NCBI GenBank assembly: GCA_025594325.1
Contig: JANHCV010000006.1
Coordinates: 1,488,001-1,552,000, forward strand
Source of the DNA: Blastocladiella emersonii ATCC 22665
Taxonomy: Eukaryota > Fungi > Blastocladiomycota
Reading direction: 5' to 3'
DNA length: 64,000 nucleotides
The notes under the pieces were generated by a model, which was not told where the DNA came from, did no database searches, and worked only from the letters and a program-made list of their open reading frames with translations. The translations under genes and the position numbers were made by a program. This document shows positions 19,491 to 31,300 of the stretch, in pieces. The stretch's first letter is position 1; each line of letters begins with the position of its first letter.

Positions 19491-21909
19491 CTACGCAAAG
19501 TTGTTAACAATGACCGACTCACCAGTCCGCTGCGCGAGCTGGCCGATAGTAATGACCTCGGGGAGGAGCTCGCGGACGGCGGCCACCTTGTCGGGGGACA
19601 CGACGAGGATCATGCCGATGCCGCAGTTGAAGGTGCGGAGCATCTCGGGGCCGGCAATGTTGCCCGTCTCGCGGAGCCACTGGAACACGGGCGGGAGCGT
19701 CCACGCCGACCCGTCGATGACGGCGGCGAGGTGCTTGGGGAGCACGCGCGGGATGTTCTCGGGGAACCCGCCGCCCGTGATGTGCGACATGCCCTTGATG
19801 AGGCCGGCGCGGACGACGGGCAGCAGCGGCTTGACGTACAGGCGGGTCGGGACGAGCAGGGCGTGGCCGAGCGTGGGCGCGGGCGGGTTGGTGGCGAAGG
19901 GGCACGGCGAGTCGAAGTCGAGCCCGGCGAGCTTGACGACGTGGCGGACGAGCGAGTACCCGTTGCTGTGGACGCCCGACGAGGTCAGGCCGAGCAGCAC
20001 GTCGCCGGCGGCCATGTCGTCGAGGCGCGGGAGGACCTGCGAGCGGGGCACGGCGCCGACCGTGAACCCGGCGACATCATAGTCGCCGTGCGAGTACATG
20101 CCGGGCATCTCGGCCGTCTCGCCGCCGACGAGCGCGCACCCGGACTCGGCGCACCCGCGCGCCACGCCCTTGATCACGTCCGCGGCCACGTTCACGTCGA
20201 GCTTGCCGCACGCGTAGTAGTCGAGGAACAGCAGCGGCTCGGCGCCCTGCACGATCAGGTCGTTGACGTTCATGGCGACCAGGTCGATGCCGATCGTGTC
20301 GTGGATCCCCGTCGACAGCGCGATCTTGAGCTTGGTGCCCACACCGTCCGTCGCCGACACGAGCAGCGTGTCCTTGGCGTCGTAGCCGGCGGCCGCCAGG
20401 TCAAACAGACCGCCGAACCCGCCGATATCCGCGTCACTGCCGGGCCGGCGCGTCGCCTTGACGAGCGGCTTGATCTGCTCGACCAGCGCGTTGCCGTTGT
20501 CGATCGAGACACCGGCGTCGGCGTACGACGCGCCCTGCTTGGGCGCGGCGGCGCGACGCAGCGCGCGGTGGGCAATGTCGGTGCGGAAGTGCATATCCTG
20601 GAACTTGACCTGCTTGAGCCCGTCGTAGGCGCGCGACACGGCCGAGGCGAGCGCCGAGTCGACGGCGGTGACGGCGAGGACGCGGCCGCCGCTCGTCACG
20701 TACCCGGTACCCTGGGCGGCGGTGCCGGCGTGGAACACGGTGACGCCGGCGGGGACACTCCCAATAGAAATGGCGTGGCCCTTGGCGTAGTTGCCCGGGT
20801 AGCCGCCCGAGGCGGCGATGACGGTGCACGCGGCGGCCGACGAGAAGTCGACCTTGACGGCGTCGAGGCAGCCGCGGGTGCAGGCGAGCATGACGTGGGC
20901 GAGGTCCGACTCGAGGAGCGGCAGGAGGACCTGGGTCTCGGGGTCGCCGAACCGCACGTTGAACTCGAGCGTCTTGACGTCGCCGCGCGGCGTGACCATG
21001 AGGCCGGCGTACAGGATGCCGACGAACGGGTGGCCCTCGCGGCGGATCCCGTCGACGGTGCGCTGCAGGACCTGCGAGTGGATGGCGTTGAGGACGGCCG
21101 GGGTGGCGACGGGGGCCGGGGCGTAGGCGCCCATACCGCCCGTGTTGAGCCCCTGGTCGCCGTCGAGCGCGCGCTTGTGGTCCTGCGCGGGCGGCATGGC
21201 CACGACCGTGTGGCCGTCCGAGAAGGCGAGCACCGACACCTCCTCGCCCTCGAGGAACTCCTCGACGACGACCTGGTTTGCCGCGTCGCCGAAGGCGCGG
21301 TCGACCATCATCTCCTTGAGCCCGGCGAGCGCCTCGTCCGTCGTGGTCGGTAGCAGCACGCCCTTGCCGGCGGCGAGCCCCGACGCCTTGATCACGACGC
21401 GGTGGCTGACGCTGCGCACGTACGCGACGGCCTGGTCGTAGTCGGTGAAGGTGCGGTACTCGGCCGTCGGGACGTGGTGGCGCGCCATGAAGTCCTTGGA
21501 GAAGGCCTTGGAGCCCTCGAGCTGCGCCGCGTACGCCGACGGGCCGAAGCACGGGATGCCAGCCGCGCGGAACTTGTCGGCGATGCCGGCGACGAGCGGG
21601 ACCTCGGGGCCCGGGACGGCCAGGCCGACGCCGTTGGACGCGGCGAACGACACGAGAGCGTCGAGGTCCGTCTCCTTGATGGCCACGTTCGACACCTTGG
21701 CGAGGCCCGACGCGGTGCCGCCGTTTCCTACGCGATTGAATTGGGGGATGGTTGGCGACTGCGAGAAGCGAAACCGCGGCGCGACAAGAAGGCCTACCTG
21801 GCGCAACGTAGACGTGGGCGACCGAGGCCGACTGGGCGAGCTTCCACGCGAGGGCGTGCTCGCGGCCGCCCGAGCCGATGAGGAGGACGTTGAAGGGGGC
21901 GGCGGACAT
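19491..21909 (-). CDS. ADE5,7: Bifunctional GAR synthetase / AIR synthetase
   Basis: [17 protein letters not shown] start, 70-nt intron 21797..21728, GARS motifs ([27 protein letters not shown]) and AIRS motifs ([35 protein letters not shown]). Confidence 0.97.
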
Positions 21910-22243
21910 GGTGGTGGTTGATACGTGGGTGCCGGGGACGGCGAGGCGGGAGGAGAGCGAGAGTGAGGTGCAAGGAGAGCCGGCCTTTTGACGAGGGAGA
22001 TCAGAGCCGGGTGCATGGCGCGAGACGCGGAGCGGACCGCGTCGCGTCGGAGCGATACGATCCGGCGACCCGGCTTTTCCCGCCGCGTGGCGCACCCGGT
22101 TCCGAGCGTGGCGCCCCACGTGCACGACGCGTCTCACGCTGTCTCGCACTGCGCCACGCGCCGCGTTTCTCGTCCCGCTCTGGCCGCGCACGCGAATTTT
22201 TAGTCTTCGCACCCGATGCACTGCCACCACCACCTTTATCGCC

Positions 22244-24227
22244 ATGTCCAGCCGTATGTCAATCGGCACTCGATGCATCGCGTCCCGCGCAACTGACGCG
22301 AACCCCCGTCCGCCTCAGGATTCTCCTCCCGGATCGGGTCGTCCTCGACAACCAAGTCGCCGCAGCCGCCCTCCAAGGCCGCGGCCGCGGCTGCCGCCAA
22401 CGCCGAGCGGCTCAAGAGCCTCATCTCGGACCCGACCGAGTTCCGCCATCTGACGCACAGCGCGAATGTCAGCGAGGCGTCCGAGGTCCTCTCGCAGCTG
22501 TGGAAGACGGGCGACAAGCTGCCCGCGCCGTCCATGGGAACGCTCCCCGCGTCGCCCGTCACTACGGTCCTGATTGCGTCGCAGGGGAGTCTCGCGACTT
22601 CACGTACGGGTGTATAACGTGGAGAAGTGGGGTTGCGGTCGCTGACGCTAGTGCGACTGTAGCAAGCACGATCCAGTCGGCCAACTCGTCGCTCATGCGC
22701 TCGACGGCGCCTTTCTCGCCCGTCACCGTGGAAAAGACGGTCCGCACTCCCCCCACTCAGCATAACCTCGCTGCAACTGACGCCCAGCACCATGTAGGCC
22801 GCGACCAAGGTCTACTTCGAGGGCTACTTTGACCGCCTCCTGTCGCAGCCATCGGGCCGGCAACGGCGGCGGATGCAGCTCGAGGCCGACCTCGAGTCGC
22901 TGCCGCTGACCGAGGAGGAGAAGCGGCGGATGCGCATCGAGTGGCAGCAGCGCGAAACCGAGTACATCCGTCAGGTCCGCTCGCGCGTGACGCCCGCCGA
23001 CTTCGACATCCTGAAACCGCTCGGCCGGGGCGGGTTCGGGCACGTCGAGCTGGCGCGCGACCGGATCACGGGCAACCTGGTCGCGCTGAAAGCCGTCGAC
23101 AAGGAGTCGACGCTGGCGCGCGGCCAGGAGGGGCACATCCGCGCCGAGCGCGACCTGCTGTGCCAGGCGAGCGACCGGTGCGAGTGGATCGTCCGCCTCA
23201 TGTACACGTTCCAGGACGATGCTTTCCTCTATTTCGCGCTCGAGTACATGCCCGGCGGCGACCTCCTCTCGCTGCTCATCCGCCTCGACGTGTTCACCGA
23301 CGACATGGCCGCGTTTTACGCCGCCGAGGCCGTGCTTGCGATCGAGGAGGTGCACGCGCTGGGGTACGTGCACCGCGATATCAAGCCGGATAACTTTTTG
23401 CTGGGCGCCGACGGCCACCTTAAGCTCGGCGATTTCGGGCTCGCGTCCGACTTTCACTGTACGTCCTCTCTTTTGTCTTCGTCGCGAGGACGCGTGGCTG
23501 ACCCCGCACGGCGTCTACCGGTACAGGGCTGCACGATGCCAACTACCACGAGGCGCAACGCCGGATCCTCGAGCAGCGCGGCACCTCATCCACCACGACC
23601 GCCACCACCGCTACTCCACCACCGTCCGCGACGGATCCGCCACCGGAACCCGCGCTGGCGCCCGCGGTCCTCGAAGCCTACAAGCGCAACCGCCGCGCCA
23701 TGGCGTACTCGGTCGTCGGCACCCGCGCGTACATGGCGCCCGAGGTCGGCCGCGGCGACGGCCACGGGTTCCCCGTGGACCTGTGGTCGCTCGGCGCCGT
23801 CGTCTACGAGATGGTCGCGGGCCACCCGCCGTTCCTGTCGTCGCCGCGCCTCGCGTTCCCCGCCGACGTGTCCGCCGGCGCCCGCGACCTCATCTCGCGC
23901 CTCCTCGTGCCCAACCCCGCGGCCCGCGCGACCGTCGCGCAGGTCAAGGTGCACGCGTGGTTCGCGCGGATCGATTGGGGTGGGATCCGTGGCATGGTCG
24001 CGCCGTGGGTGCCGGAGCTCAAGGATGAGCTGGATACGGGGTTCTTCGAGGCGCCCGAGGGACCGCCCGTGGCCGCCGCCGCGACGGCGGGGCCGGCGGA
24101 CGGTGGTGTGGCGGACGAGGCGCTCGATATGCGCAAGCGGCTCGCGTTCAAGGGGTTCACGTACCGGACACCGCGGCACGCGGCGGCTCCCGTGTCCACG
24201 GCTACGCCCAGGTCAGCGGCAAAGTGA
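22244..24227 (+). CDS. NDR/LATS-family AGC kinase (Cbk1/Cot1-like) with an N-terminal CRIB-like motif
   Basis: Introns 22254-22318, 22604-22662, 22740-22797 and 23459-23526 give one continuous frame. Mob-binding region (VEKTAATKVYFEGYF...QRETEYIR), GRGGFG, HRDIKPDN, DFGLASDFHWLHD, AYSVVGT.AYMAPE and C-terminal LAFKGFTY. Confidence 0.9.
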
Positions 24228-24273
24228 AGTTGGTCATGTTTTTGTCCGTAGCATATACCCACTCTCTCCTACT

Positions 24274-26252
24274 CTACTTCCGCGCACTCGGCGCCCGCGC
24301 GACGCTCACAGGCGTCGGCGACGACGACGCGACGACGTTGGCCGCGACCATGGCGAGCTTGCGGTTGACGGCGGCGTCGAGGTCGGCGACGGCGGGTTCG
24401 GCCATGGGGAACAGGTTGCCCTCGAGGAGCAGCCGCAGCAGGCCGTGCCGCGGACGGTCGCGCAGCGCTGCGTCGCCGTACGCGTTGGTCGTCACCATGT
24501 GCTTGTCGGCGGGCACCTGGTCGAGGATCGCGTCGGCGAACAGCTTGCACACTAGTTTTGGGAAAGTCAGTGCGCGTCGTCGAGGACGCGGAGACCACCA
24601 AACCGTACCGCTGGCGCTCAGCTTGTTGTGGCTCAGGTTGAGGTGCGTGAGCGTGCGGTTGCCCCACGCGAAGAAGGCGCCGCCGGCCTCGAACATGTCG
24701 AGGTCGATGCCCGGTGGCACCGCAATCGCCTCGACCACCTCCTCGGGCGTCTCGTCGGGCACCATGAGCTCCTCGGCGGCCGCCGCCGCCCCGCGCTTCC
24801 CGCCCGCCTGCTTCTTGCCGCCCGCCGCGCTCGCTGCCGCGCCCGAGCCGGGCGTCGCGGGCGCCGACGGTTTCTTCTTCCCGCCCGCCCCCGCCCCCGC
24901 GCCGCTGCCGCCGCCCGTCGCGAAGGCGGTCGAGCCGCTCGACAGGTCCGGGTTCGACGTGTTCCCCGTGGCGGACTTGGCCGACGACGCGCCTTTGCCG
25001 GCGGCGCCCGCACCGGCTTTCCCGGCCGCAGCGCCGGACCCAGCGGCCCCGCCTGCGGCGGCGGCACCGGCCTTGCCCTTGCCCGCTTTGTCCTCGGCCG
25101 ACCCGCCGCGCGCGGTGCCCGGCTTGCCGGTCTTCTTCTTGGCCGTCTGCTCCTGCAGGAGCAGCTACACGCATCGTTCGTTCGTCAGTCGCGCAGATCA
25201 TGCTATCACTACACAATGCGTACGCTCTCCTCCTCCGCGACCTTGATCCGCTCGAGCTCCGCGTAATACTTCCGCCTCACCGCCGCCTCATCATTCGCGA
25301 GCGGCTGGCGGGACAACGCGCGCGCAATCGCCCCCGCAGCCTCGTCCGTCAGCAGGTTCCCTGCGAGCGACAGTGCGACGAGCGCCGTGTTCCGGACCAG
25401 GGCCTCGGCCAACGCTTCCGCCCCGGCGCGCGCGATCCGATTCCGCGCCAGGTGCAGCGTCTTGAGCGCGCGGTTCGCGCGCAGGTTCGCGGCGAGCGCG
25501 GACGCCGCGGCGTCGCCCAGCGCGTTGCCGCGCAGCGAGACCAGGCCGAGGAGCGACGTGTCCGGGTGGATCAGCGCGGACCACGCGGACGCGACGGTGT
25601 CGGCGGGACCGTCGACCGGGTTGTGGTCGAGGAACAGCACCCGCACGCCCGTCGTCGGGAGCAGGGACGCGAGGGATTGCACGTCTGCGAGCGACAGGGC
25701 GCACCCGAGCAGGCGCAGCTCCACGACGCTCGGCTCGTGCGGCAGCGCGGCCCCGATCGCCGACAGCGAGTGTGCGGGCAGACGCACGTGTCGCGCCTGC
25801 AGCGACCGCAGCGCGCCCGTCACGGGGGAGGTAGGGGAGGATGCGGAGGTGCCCGCCACGGGGCTCGCGGCGGCCGCGGCGGTCGGTGAGGTCGGCGGGG
25901 TGTCGGCCGCGGGAAGGATCCCGAGCGGGGTGCCGAACAGGCCCGAGGTGCCCACGTCGTCGGTGCTGCCTGGCGGGAGCGCGAGCGAGGCCAGCTCGCA
26001 CCGCGTCAGGTGCAGGCACGGCGCGTAGACGTGCCGCGGGCGGAGCGGTGGGCTGGTTGAGCCGGGTTGCGTCGTGTTCGAGAACTCGGGCAGGACTGTG
26101 GAGAAGGGTGATGTGAGTTGGGCGTGGTGGCGGCTACGGGGCGGTGTGCAAGACGCACCGAGGGCCGGCGGCGCATGGACCGGCAGCGGCGTGATGCCGT
26201 GCGCCGAGCAGTAGTTCGAGTACGTCGAGGCAAACATGCGTTCGGGTTCCAT
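24274..26252 (-). CDS. LRRC71-like leucine-rich repeat protein (cilium/flagellum-associated family)
   Basis: Introns 26158..26096, 25223..25165 and 24608..24552. RI-like LRRs (SLRGNALGD, HLARNRI, SLAGNLL), PLANDEAAVRRK segment, K/G/A-rich linker and C-terminal GNRTLTHLNLSHN...LLRLLLEGNLF resemble LRRC71. Confidence 0.65.
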
Positions 26253-26379
26253 GGGATGCGTGCGACGGGAGCAGGGACCTGTCGCGGCAGCGCGGGGAAA
26301 GGTGAGCAACGCGTCGACGCGTCTCGGGCCACCTGATCGCCGCTGCCATCCCATCTCCGCTCCGCCACCCCACCCGCAC

Positions 26380-28029
26380 ATGCATCAAATGACCCTCAAC
26401 GTGAACCAGGAAGGCCAGGGACTCGGTGCAGTCCCCGATTCCGTCCTCGCCGAGCGCGCGTGCCAGCGGCTGTCGCTCGCGCACAACGCGCTGACGCACC
26501 TGCCCGCGGAGCTCGCCCTGCTCGGCAACCTGCGGGTCCTGCGCCTCGACCACAACTCGCTCGTCGCGCTGCCCGAATCGCTCGGCGCCCTCATCAACCT
26601 CGAGACCCTCCAGGTCGCGCACAACCGCCTCACTACGCTCCCGCGGTCCGTCGGCCGACTCGCCGCGCTGCGCCACCTGTATGCCTCGCACAACGCCCTC
26701 ACGGAGCTCCCGCTCGCCCTGCACCGGATCAGCGGGCTGAAGACGCTCGCGGTCGAGGGCAACCCTCTCTCGTTCCCGCCCGCTCACGTCGCCCGGCCGC
26801 TCGCGAGGAGGGCCGACGATGCGGCCGCGCTCGCGAAGTTGATGCGGTACCTCCGGCTTGCTGGTTTGTTCTCCCTACTCGTCCGAGAAATCGCCCGAAC
26901 CTAACGAGATGGTATAGCATCGTGTAGCGAGAGCGACGACGGCAACGACAGCGGTGGGAACAGCGGGCCCGAGTACCCGTCGATCCCGCGCACGCCGACG
27001 GTGCCCGGCCGCACGTTGGCGGAATCCGGGTCCGGCGCCGACGACGCGGCACGCGGCTCGGCGACCGCGATCCAGGGCGGCGGCGCGCCGCAGGACTCGG
27101 CAGTGCGGCGGTCCCTGCTGAGCTTCCTATCCTCGAGCGTGGTCGCCCTCGACACGAGCGTCGCGGCCGCCGGGATCACGACACAGCTGCCCGACGACAG
27201 CACCGCGAGCGGCACGGGGGTAGGCGGCGGGGGCGGCGGCGGCCCGGACCTCGTTCTCGCTGCGGGCCTCGCGATCCGGTCGCTGCTCAAGGTGCTCGAG
27301 GACGGCCCGCTCGAGGTGTCGCAGCAGAACGCGCGCCTGCTCGCCGCGTCGGCGTCCTTCAGCCTCGCCCTGTACCACCTCGCGAGCCACGTGCAGGCGC
27401 ACCTCGCCCTGCACACGCAGCTGAACCCGGCGCTCCTCGGCAGCCACACGGGCGGGACCCTGCGCACCGCGACGGTGCCCGGCCACCGCAGCAAGGCCGG
27501 GAGCGTCGGGCACGCGGCGGCGCTCGCCGCGCTCCGCGCCGTCGCGACGTCGGGCGCCGCGGTCCAGCACCTCGCAGCGCTCGCGCAAAAGTACGCCCGG
27601 TACCTCGAACCGTCATCGTCGCACCGGTCGTGGAGCTCCGCCACCCAGACGTTCAACCTGCTCATCAAGGCGGTCCTCGCGGCTATCGGCGCCGCGCGGA
27701 ATTTGATTGACGCGACAAGAAAGGTGCCGATCACCGATATGCGCGTCGCCAAGGCCCGCGCGGCCGCCATGTTCGTGTGCGTCGCCGAGTGCAAGCACGC
27801 GGCCGAGCTCGTTGCGCCGTTCGGGGCGGGGACGGTCCAGGCGCCGCCGGTTCCTGCCCCGCCACCGAAAGAGGCGTGGTCCAGCTACGAGGCGGCCCTC
27901 GCGTCGGTCCGCGAGCGCGAGTCGGATAGCGCGAGCGGGAGCGGTAGCGAGCCAAGGATGAGTGACTCGCACGCGCTGGTCGAGGAGCCCGAGGAGGCGC
28001 TCGAGATTGAGAGCACGGTGCTGGACTGA
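26380..28029 (+). CDS. LRR protein with a helical C-terminal domain, possibly Sog2 (RAM network)
   Basis: Five to six typical LRRs ([40 protein letters not shown]). A 54-nt intron at 26864-26917 links in frame to 27001..28029. Sog2 identity is tentative. Confidence 0.6.
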
Positions 28030-28399
28030 TACAAAGGGGGGTTGCAACGCAGAACAGAAAAACGCGAGACGAGAGACGCGAAGGGGAGCCGGCGTGATGT
28101 CAGGTGATGGATCAGCCGCCCGCTCGGGTTCCCGCGTTCGCGCGGCCCGCGGCTGCTGCGCGTTCCCAGCGCCGCGCCGGCCACCGCCCCCCTCTCATCT
28201 GCCCCCTCCCGCCCGCCCACACCGACCGCACCGCCCGCAACTTGCGTCAACGGCCCCCGCACGCCGCGCCGGTCCCGTTGCACCCGGTCGCGCCCTCCCG
28301 CCCGCGCCAACCCCGACCGACCCACCCCCTGCCGATCCCGACCGCCATCACATCGACCCCCGCGACCCGCGACCGCGCCCCGCCACTCCCCGCAACGCG

Positions 28400-31300
28400 A
28401 TGCTCAAGCACGCCGCTGTGTCGCGCAAGGCTGCCGCAGCCGCCAGCGCCGCATCGAGCGGGTCCGCGCCGACGGCGGCGCGCCTGGCGACGCCGACGCG
28501 CGCGCCGCCGCTCGACCTCGGCGCCGTCAACGCCGACTACGTGTCCCTGCCCAGCAGCACGTTCGTCCACGAGGGCGTCACCCACTGCCCCATCTACTAC
28601 CCGTCGCTCGACGAGTTCTCGGACCCGCTCGCCTACATCAGCAAGATCCGCCCCGAGGCCGAGAAGGCGGGGATCTGCAAGATCGTGCCGCCGCGCGAGT
28701 GGAGTCCTGGCTTCGCGATTGACACGGAGGTGCGCTTGCTTGCTACTCATCCCGCTGCGTGACTCGTGTGCCTGACCATCGCACCTCATAGACGTTCCGG
28801 TTCCGCACGCGCAAGATGCCGCTCAACGAGATGGAGGGCGCGTCGCGCGCGTCGCTCACCTTCCTCGAGACGCTGCAAAAGTTCCACGCGCTCATGGGCC
28901 ACCCAATGACGCACATGCCCGTCATCCAGCGCCAGCCCGTCGACCTGCGCGCGCTCCGCGCCGAGGTCCACAAGCGCGGCGGCCACGCCCGCGTCTCGGA
29001 GCTGCGCAAGTGGTCCGAGGTCGGCAAGGCCCTCGGCTACAAGTTCAACCACTCGCTCGCCAACCACCTCAAGCAGCACTTCCTCAAGTACATTGACCCC
29101 TTTGACCGCTACATGGCCTCGTCCGACGACGGGACTGGGACCAACGCCGACGGTACCGCCGCCGGTGAGGGCGGCTCCGGCGGCGACGGGTCGACGACGC
29201 CGCAGGAGAAGCTCCAGAAGATCAACGAGGTCGTCCTCCCCACCACGGGCGCCGCCGCCAAGCTCACCGCCGCCCTGTCGGCCGCTACCGAGGCCCTCAA
29301 CCACGGCAGCTCGTCCGCCGCCGCTGCCGCGACCGCCGGATCGCCTGCGCCGGCTTCCGCGGCCGGGATCGAGGACGACGTCTACTCGGCGGCCGCCGCT
29401 GCGCCCATTGCCGACGACGCGTCCGAGACCGCTTCCGCCGACCCTGCCGCCGCCGCCTCGGGCGAGCCCGCTGCCGAGCCCACCGGCGTCATGACGCGCC
29501 GCCGCACCGGCACCCGCGCCAGCACCCGCACCCAGGAGTTCCTGCAGGCCGAGGCCGCCGCCGCCGGCTCGTCCGCGGCTCCCTCGGCCGCCTCGAGCGC
29601 GACCAGCTCGCCCAACAAGCGCACCTCGTCGCGCATGTCGGCCGCGCAAAAGGCCGCCATCGCCGCGGCGGCCACGGCGGGGACCGGGTCGACCAAGGCC
29701 GGGTACCGTGTGCCGCCCGAGGCGCTGATCCCGCGCGTCCCGCTGCCCGACGGGTACAAGCCCGTGGCCGGGTCCGAGCTGTGCGAGACGTGCGGGCACG
29801 GCCACAACCCGCAGCTCATGGTCGTGTGCGACGACTGCGGGCGCGGCTTCCACGCCTTCTGCCTCACGCCGCCGCTCGCCGTGCACCCGCGGTCCCTGTC
29901 CGAGTGGTACTGCACCAAGTGCGTGCGCGAGGTCGGCACCGATTTCGGGTTCGAGGACGGCGACGAGCACTCGCTCGCCGAGTTCGCGGCCAAGGCCAAC
30001 CAGTTCAAGGCCGACTGGTTCGCGCAGCCCGGGCGCGCGCAGGGCGACCCCGCCGCACACGGGCTCGGCGCCAACGACCGCAAGCTGTTTGTCACCGAGG
30101 AGGAGGTGGAGCGCGAGTTCTGGCGCATCGTCGAGTCGCCGTACGCCATGGAGTCGGTCGAGGTCGAGTACGGCGCCGACCTGCACACCACGGTCCACGG
30201 GTCCGGGTTCCCCGTCCGCGAGCGCGACCCGAACCACCCGTACGTCGACAACCCCTTCAACCTCAACGTGCTCCCGCTCGTCCGCGACTCGCTGCTGCGG
30301 CACGTCGCCCGCGATATCTCGGGCGTGGTCGTGCCGTGGCTGTACATCGGCATGGCCTTCGCCACCTTCTGCTGGCACGCCGAGGACCACTACTGCTACA
30401 GCGTCAACTACCAGCACTGGGGCGACACCAAGACGTGGTACGGCGTGTCGGCGGCCAACGCGGGCAAGCTCGAGGAGTGCATGCGGCGCGAGGCGCCCGA
30501 CCTGTTCGCCAAGAACCCGGACCTCCTGTTCCACATCACCACCATGCTCAGCCCCGCCAAACTCATCGAGGCCGGGTGCCCCGTGGTCGCGTGCCACCAG
30601 CGCGCCGGCGAGTTCGTCGTCACCTTCCCGCAGGCGTACCACGGCGGGTTCAACCAGGGGTTCAACTGCAACGAGGCCGTCAACTTTGCGCCCGTCGACT
30701 GGCTCCCCTTCGGCAAGGCGTGCGTCCAGCGGTACCGCGAGTTCGGCAAGGCCCCCTGCTTCTCGCACGACGAGCTCCTCATGGCCGTCGCCCTCGCCGA
30801 GGGACACGAGTTCCGCACCGCCACCTGGCTCGCGCCGTACCTCGCCGAGCTCGTCAGCGAGTGCCGCGCCCAGTGGGACGCGATCGCGGCGTGCGGCGAC
30901 CGCTGGAAGGTCGAGTACCTCGCCAACGCACAGGCGACCTGCGACACCCAGTGCGCACAGTGTAACGCGTTCTGCTGGTTCGCCGCCGTCCAGTGCCCCG
31001 AGCACGGAAAGGTGTACTGCGTCGACCACGCGGCCGCGTGCTGCGGCGGTACCGCGGTGACCGCGACCGCGACCACGTCGGCCGCGACGGCCATGGATGT
31101 CGACGGCGCGCCCGACTTGGCTGTTCCCGCCGCCCCCGCGCCCGCCGCCGCCGGTGCCAACGGGCCGCAGCAGGTGGTGTCGGTCCGGTACCGCCTCGAC
31201 GCGCTGCAGCGCATCGTGCAGGCCATCGACGAGGTGGCCAAGATCCCGACGCGGTGGGTGCAGCGGCTCGAGGCCACCATGCTCAAGCACACCAACGCCG

